DNA of 64,000 bases from an uncultured Hyphomicrobiales bacterium. Its GTDB lineage: Bacteria > Bacteroidota > Ignavibacteria > Kapaibacteriales > UBA2268. A program made the translations under genes and the position numbers. Positions 59,076 through 64,000 of this stretch are shown here, one piece after another. The stretch lies in NCBI GenBank assembly GCA_964454975.1, contig CAYVVD010000001.1, forward strand, positions 195,658-259,657. Direction: 5' to 3'. Below the pieces are notes generated by a model that was not told where the DNA came from, ran no database searches, and saw only the letters and a list, made by a program, of their open reading frames with translations. Numbering within the stretch: position 1 is the stretch's first letter; each line of letters starts with the position of its first letter.

Positions 59076-60455
59076 CTATTCAGTTGCCAGGCTCTTTTTC
59101 ATATCAGCACGTTTTGTTACATAGTTATAAATCATTAGCGAAACTGCAGACACAAAGCCGATACCCGCATAAACATACCAAATAACATGTGCATTTTCAT
59201 AGAATGGAGTAAGTTGCTCCGTTGATAAACCTCTAAGGTCAGCCCTGTTCGGGTCGGGACAATACCAGTCAAGCAGGAAGCCTGAGATAAAAAAACCTAC
59301 AAAGTTGGCTACAAACGAGTGCAAATGGGCAAAGCCCAGGTAGAGCCCCTCTTCACCTTTCGGGGCCTGTAGCGAAAAATATTCAAGATAACGTGGTGAA
59401 ATAAAGCACTCGGCAAATCCCTGTAACGCTATTCCCAATACCATCATAAATGCAATAGTGTGGAGAGAAAAAAGATATAGGTTTACAGAATCAGTGCCAA
59501 AAATATCAGAAACCAGCGGACCGGCCGACATAAAGAATGCAGAGAAGGGCATCATAAACATCCCTATATTCATTGATGTTATCGCCTTTTTCTTCTTCAT
59601 CCATGCCGTAACAAGCATTACGAATGTGACTACCATGAACGGGTTTACATTCGCATACCATTCTGGTGCTGCATCTTCACCTACCATTCGGATTATATAT
59701 TTTGGCATTGATGCGTACATCTGGTGCTGGATTAACCAGAAACCACTTACGATGAGGATTAAGCCAAGCAACCTGCCGTTTGAAAGTACTCTTTTCAAGC
59801 CTTTAAAAATCTCGCTAAACTGCTTGCCAACGCCTTCAGCATCAATATCTTTGAAAACGAATAAAATGACTATAAATGCAATGGCAGTCATTGCAGCAGA
59901 GTAATAACCGACATACTGCAAGCCGAGTTGGAATTCGCCGAGCGGGCCAAGGTCAACGCCTGTTCTTATATATTTTGCAAGATATTTACCTGAAAAAGAG
60001 CCAATGTTCACCATTGCATAAAAAATCGAATATGCCTTGGCTCGATTATCCGAGTTGGATCCCTTTGCGACAGTTCCGGTAATCACCGATTTGATGAAAG
60101 AACCGCCTATCATCAGGAATACTAACAATGCAATTACTACAAATGGCTTTTGAGGGATAAACGCAAGAGTGAAATAGCCAATTGTCAACAGTGAGAATGC
60201 GAGCAGAAGTGATTTTTTATAACCAATCCTGTCAGCATATGCACCGGTGAACAAAGGAAAGAAATAAATACCTGCGCTGAATAAAGCACCAAGAATTCCT
60301 GCCCAGATGTCATTAAAGCCTACAACATCTGTCAGATAAAGTGTCATTGTGATGAACATGCCGTAGAATGCAGCACGTTCGAATAATTCAGTTACATTTG
60401 CGGTCCAGAATGAACCGGGAAATTCTTTGAAAATCGAGATTCCTTTTGCCGCCAC
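59076..60455 (-). CDS. POT/PTR2-family di-/tripeptide:proton symporter
   Basis: N-terminal FWTANVTELFERAAFYGMFITMTLYL is the POT signature (ExxERFxYYG), with about 12-14 TM helices. GTG start. It lies 14 nt downstream of the S9 peptidase gene. Confidence 0.8.
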   Translation of the reverse strand: MAAKGISIFKEFPGSFWTANVTELFERAAFYGMFITMTLYLTDVVGFNDIWAGILGALFSAGIYFFPLFTGAYADRIGYKKSLLLAFSLLTIGYFTLAFIPQKPFVVIALLVFLMIGGSFIKSVITGTVAKGSNSDNRAKAYSIFYAMVNIGSFSGKYLAKYIRTGVDLGPLGEFQLGLQYVGYYSAAMTAIAFIVILFVFKDIDAEGVGKQFSEIFKGLKRVLSNGRLLGLILIVSGFWLIQHQMYASMPKYIIRMVGEDAAPEWYANVNPFMVVTFVMLVTAWMKKKKAITSMNIGMFMMPFSAFFMSAGPLVSDIFGTDSVNLYLFSLHTIAFMMVLGIALQGFAECFISPRYLEYFSLQAPKGEEGLYLGFAHLHSFVANFVGFFISGFLLDWYCPDPNRADLRGLSTEQLTPFYENAHVIWYVYAGIGFVSAVSLMIYNYVTKRADMKKSLATE

Positions 60456-60469
60456 TATCCTTTTTCTCT

Positions 60470-62494
60470 TTAATTATTTTTGCAGTATGTATCCAAAAAA
60501 TCAAAGAATTCACGTTGCCACAAGATTGAATTCTGAGGTTTTAAAATCCAATGGTTTTCACCGGGAAAAGATATTAAACGTGATGGAACGCCGTTTACCT
60601 GCGCTACGGTGAATGCCTCAAGGCTTTGTGTATATGGTACTCTAAAATCATTTTCACCAAATGTAATTAATATTGGGGTATCCCAGTTAGCTGCATAATT
60701 GTGAGGAGAATTAACATTGTAATTCTCTATATGCCCCTTCCAGTAAGGACCACCATATTCCCAATCAGGGAACCAAAGTTCTTCTGTCGAGCCATACATA
60801 CTCTCAAAGTTGAACACGCCGCAATGTGAAACTAGTGCAGCAAATCTGCCTTCGTGGTTGCCTGCAAGCCAGAATGTGGCATACCCGCCCGCAGAAGCGC
60901 CAACTGCAGCTACAGCTTCTTTATCAATAAAGTCCTCTTTCATGAGTTCATCTGTTGCAGCGAGAATATCATCCATCGGTTTTCCACCCCAGTCCTTGCT
61001 GATAGCATCATTCCACTCCTGGCCAAACCCGGGCATTCCCCGCCTGTTTGGGGCAAGCACTACATAACCATGCGAAGCCATAATAAACAAGTTCCACCGG
61101 TAACTGAAATACTGGCTTATCATGGACTGTGGCCCACCCTGGCAATAAGTAATCATCGGATATTTTTTGCTTTTGTTGAAATCCGGCGGGTAAAGAATCC
61201 AGCAGTGAACCTTGGCACCATCGAATGATTCAATCCATCGCTCTTCAATTTCTACCGGTTTTATCTTACTAAAAAGCTCATCATTTGCTTTCGTTAATTG
61301 AGTTAATTTTTTACTTGTGATATCAAGAGCAAAAAATTCAGTGGGTCTCTGCATTGTTCGCCTGCCGAGGATAAGAGTACCACCATCAGGTGACACGGAT
61401 AATCCTGCATCATAGTTATATCGTCCTTCAGTTAATTGTTTTAGGCTTTTGTCATCAATATTGATATTATAAGCTTGTACTGTACCCTTTTCACCATATA
61501 TGATGTATAGCGATTTACTGTCGGGCGCCCATGCAAAATTTTGTATCCACTGGTCAATTTCTGAGGATAGTTCTGTGATTGATTTATCCCTTCTGTTATA
61601 GAGCATCAGGCGTATTTTGTCCGACTCGAACCCGGCTCGCTCCTGGCTTGCAAATGCAATCCAATTCCCATCAGGCGAATAAAGCGGATGCTTGTCAAAT
61701 CCCTGCATCCCATCAGTAATATTAAGAGTTTGTCTTGCACTTAACTTGTAAACATATACATCGGAATTTGTACTAAGCTCGAAGTCTTCAACCTTTTTGC
61801 ATGTATAAGCTATCTCGCTGCCATCGGGAGCCCAGGCAATTTCCTCTCCACCACCGAAAGGCATCAGCGGAGTATCATACGGCTGTGCCGGCATAATGTC
61901 CAGCGGATCGCCGCCAGAGAGCTTCTGTAAGAACAAATGCGAATACATCTCATCCTCCCAGTGGTCCCAGTGACGCACCGGCAGGTCGTTGTATAAACGG
62001 GCATTTGCTTTTGGAAGGTCGGGATGCTTATCTAATATTGTCTGTTTTATCTTGATTTCAGAAGTGAAGGAGATGTATTTGCCATCAGGCGATATAGCCA
62101 GGTTTGATACTCCATTTTCGATATTTGTAATTAATTCAGGTTCGCCATTTGGGAATGTCATTCTGTAAGCCTGCGGAACGCCTTCTTTACCTGAAATAAA
62201 AGCAAGGCTCTTACCATCCGGGAACCAAATGGCATTATAAGCCTTGTATTCTTTTGGTATGACAACACCGTCATTAGTACCATCAGCGTTAACAACCCGG
62301 ATTTCTGCTTCGGATGTATTGTTCGGAATATCCGGTTTGCTCCAGCGGTAAAGCATAAGCTTGCTTTCGGGTGATATTTGCGGATCTCCAAGACGCACAC
62401 ATGAATTGAGCAACTCCGGGCTGAAATTCTGCATTTGTGGGTAGACAATAGCGCTTGCCAAAATGAACATTAACAAGGCGGATAGCTTTCTCAT
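60470..62494 (-). CDS. S9-family serine peptidase (prolyl oligopeptidase / acylaminoacyl-peptidase-like) with an N-terminal beta-propeller, secreted
   Basis: Signal peptide. A TolB-like propeller N-domain (AISPDGKYISF; YSPDGNWIAF; WAPDSKSLY). A C-terminal alpha/beta hydrolase with nucleophile GASAGGYAT and catalytic ...GENDFRVP...H. Confidence 0.8.
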   Translation of the reverse strand: MRKLSALLMFILASAIVYPQMQNFSPELLNSCVRLGDPQISPESKLMLYRWSKPDIPNNTSEAEIRVVNADGTNDGVVIPKEYKAYNAIWFPDGKSLAFISGKEGVPQAYRMTFPNGEPELITNIENGVSNLAISPDGKYISFTSEIKIKQTILDKHPDLPKANARLYNDLPVRHWDHWEDEMYSHLFLQKLSGGDPLDIMPAQPYDTPLMPFGGGEEIAWAPDGSEIAYTCKKVEDFELSTNSDVYVYKLSARQTLNITDGMQGFDKHPLYSPDGNWIAFASQERAGFESDKIRLMLYNRRDKSITELSSEIDQWIQNFAWAPDSKSLYIIYGEKGTVQAYNINIDDKSLKQLTEGRYNYDAGLSVSPDGGTLILGRRTMQRPTEFFALDITSKKLTQLTKANDELFSKIKPVEIEERWIESFDGAKVHCWILYPPDFNKSKKYPMITYCQGGPQSMISQYFSYRWNLFIMASHGYVVLAPNRRGMPGFGQEWNDAISKDWGGKPMDDILAATDELMKEDFIDKEAVAAVGASAGGYATFWLAGNHEGRFAALVSHCGVFNFESMYGSTEELWFPDWEYGGPYWKGHIENYNVNSPHNYAANWDTPILITFGENDFRVPYTQSLEAFTVAQVNGVPSRLISFPGENHWILKPQNSILWQREFFDFLDTYCKNN

Positions 62495-62805
62495 AATCTC
62501 TCGATTCTACATTTGGCACAAAATATTAATATAATGAAAACAAGGAGAAGAATTTAATGATTTGATGTGCAGATGTGTTGATTTCCAAATGTCATCCAGA
62601 GCACCAGAGACGGATCTGGTGTAATCCCCCATTGTTCTTCCAGTGCCAAGCGTCATCATCAGCGCATTCCCACGCTATTGGCATGTTCAAAATGACACTG
62701 CTAACTTCGTACTACGACTCCGATTACCCGACTGATAATAAAAAAGGACGGCCTCCAGACCGCCCCTACAAAAAATTTGAATATCTAACGACTGCCAAAT
62801 AACTA

Positions 62806-64000
62806 CTAATTCATATAAATATCCAGGAAGCGGAAAAACTCTTCGTACCATAATATCTGCTCCTGCGGGTGCAAAACCCAGTGGTTTTCCTGTGGAAAGT
62901 GAAGCAATCGCGAAGGCACGCCACGCGCCTGTGCTGCTGTGAAAGCCTCCAGGCTCTGTGTGTATGGAACCCGGTAATCCAGCTCACCGGTGATTATGAG
63001 CATTGGTGTATTCCACTTTTCCACGTATGTATGAGGGGAATGTTCTTCGTAGAAAGGTTTATTTTGAGGTTCCCAATAAGGTCCGCCATTGTCCCAGTTA
63101 GGGAACCAAAGTTCCTCTGTTGAGCCGTATTTACTTGTCATATTGAACATCCCGCAATGCGAGATAAATGATTTAAACAATCCATTGTGGCTACCAGCCA
63201 GCCAGAACACTGCATATCCGCCGGCACTCCCGCCAATTGCGGCAATGCGGTTGTTGTCAATATATGGCTCTTTGGCAAGCTCTTTCGTTGCAGAAATTAT
63301 GTCAAGCATTGGCTGGCCGCCATAATCCCGTCTGATAGCATCGACCCAGTCCTGTCCGAAACCCGGGCAGCCGCGCCTGTTCGGAGCGAGAATGATATAC
63401 CCTTTGTGAGCCATTGTCAGGAAGTTCCAGCCATAGCTCCAGTATTGGCTAACTTCCTGTTGCGGCCCGCCCTGGCAGTATGTTATCATCGGGTATTTAT
63501 TATTCGGATTGAAATTGGGCGGATATACTACCCAGCAATGTACTCTGGCGCTGTCAGTTGAAGTTATCCACCTTGCTTCTACTTTTGCTTGCGAGACATC
63601 TTTGAATGCGGCGCCGTTTATATCTGTAACAAGGCTGATTTTTTTTGTTGCAATATCCATTGCAAAAATCTCAGTTGGCCTATTGTAGCTGCGCTTGTTA
63701 AATATTAAAGTTTTTCCGTCAGGAGTAATCTGTATGCCCTTGTCCCCAAAGTTAAAGTTACCGGTTGTGAGTACTTCGGTTTTTTTTGATTTTACGTCAA
63801 GAGCGTAAATCTGGTTAGTGCCGTCGTTGTTACCAGCAGCGAAATAAATCTTACTACCGTTCGGTGCCCAAACAGGGTTTTTAACGGAATGGTCAAAACC
63901 CACAGTCAGTTCTTCCGTTCTGCCACTTGATTTGGTGTATATCATTATGCGTAGCCTGTCAGCTTCGTATCCTTCACGTTCCATGCTAAGGAATGCGATG
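62806..64000 (-). CDS. S9-family serine peptidase, tandem paralog (C-terminal catalytic part; N-terminus beyond the window end)
   Basis: GGSAGGYAVFWLAGSHNGLFKSFISHCGMFNMTSKYGSTEELWFPNWDNGGPYW is nearly identical in pattern to the adjacent peptidase. The ORF is open to position 64000. Confidence 0.8.
   Translation of the reverse strand, partial: IAFLSMEREGYEADRLRIMIYTKSSGRTEELTVGFDHSVKNPVWAPNGSKIYFAAGNNDGTNQIYALDVKSKKTEVLTTGNFNFGDKGIQITPDGKTLIFNKRSYNRPTEIFAMDIATKKISLVTDINGAAFKDVSQAKVEARWITSTDSARVHCWVVYPPNFNPNNKYPMITYCQGGPQQEVSQYWSYGWNFLTMAHKGYIILAPNRRGCPGFGQDWVDAIRRDYGGQPMLDIISATKELAKEPYIDNNRIAAIGGSAGGYAVFWLAGSHNGLFKSFISHCGMFNMTSKYGSTEELWFPNWDNGGPYWEPQNKPFYEEHSPHTYVEKWNTPMLIITGELDYRVPYTQSLEAFTAAQARGVPSRLLHFPQENHWVLHPQEQILWYEEFFRFLDIYMN

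Noticed and set aside
62575-62802. 75-aa ORF in the spacer between the two S9 peptidase genes
   Set aside because: It has no Shine-Dalgarno site and an odd composition (His/Cys/Pro-rich), and it spans a region more consistent with structured non-coding DNA. It is retained only as part of the spacer observation.
1-64000. CRISPR arrays, transposases, integrases and phage genes
   Set aside because: No regularly spaced direct repeats are present. No DDE/serine/tyrosine recombinase or phage structural motifs were found in any of the six-frame ORFs.

Overview
This 64-kb window is a low-GC chromosomal segment that looks like it comes from an FCB-group bacterium. The evidence for that placement: about a dozen proteins end in a recognisable T9SS C-terminal sorting domain or are lipoproteins, and Shine-Dalgarno sites (AGGAG/AAGGAGG) precede many genes, which argues against classical Bacteroidia and fits an Ignavibacteria/Chlorobi-like lineage. 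That placement is an inference from sequence features only.

Most of the window is ordinary housekeeping and envelope genes: murC (partial), serC, pyk, a short-form serA plus a DUF1015 gene, rpe, ruvA, nuoG-nuoH-nuoI, menA, a cbpA-like DnaJ, an MscS channel, an SPFH protein, AlkD, two CPBP proteases, and two ACE-like M2 peptidase lipoproteins. A peptide-uptake module (two tandem S9 peptidases followed by a POT transporter) is also present.

The accessory-looking content is a set of very large secreted T9SS proteins:
- One 1650-aa protein combines a WD40 propeller with about eight ASH/Ig-like repeats and a T9SS CTD. It sits last in an apparent four-gene co-directional cluster behind an AttH-like lipocalin, a DUF427 protein and a CbiX-like protein (5119..12434).
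- Three tandem paralogous ~1050-aa BNR/Asp-box propeller proteins each carry Ig-like domains and a T9SS CTD (28802..38375); a fourth distant paralog lies at 46670..49930.

Other points worth a second look:
- A COG1067 Lon-like protease is translationally coupled to a small OMP beta-barrel and rpe, with a domain-less acidic lipoprotein upstream.
- An orphan PDZ-10TM-GAF-PP2C membrane phosphatase.
- A ~125-bp diverged direct duplication flanking pyk that includes a duplicated gene start.
- A recurring CGACT heptad motif in three intergenic regions.
- A frameshifted DUF559 remnant.

I recognised no rRNA, tRNA, CRISPR array, transposase or integrase. I could not identify a canonical defence system; the most plausible candidates for an undescribed system are the AttH/DUF427/CbiX/giant-cargo cluster and the Lon-like protease module, both stated as hypotheses.
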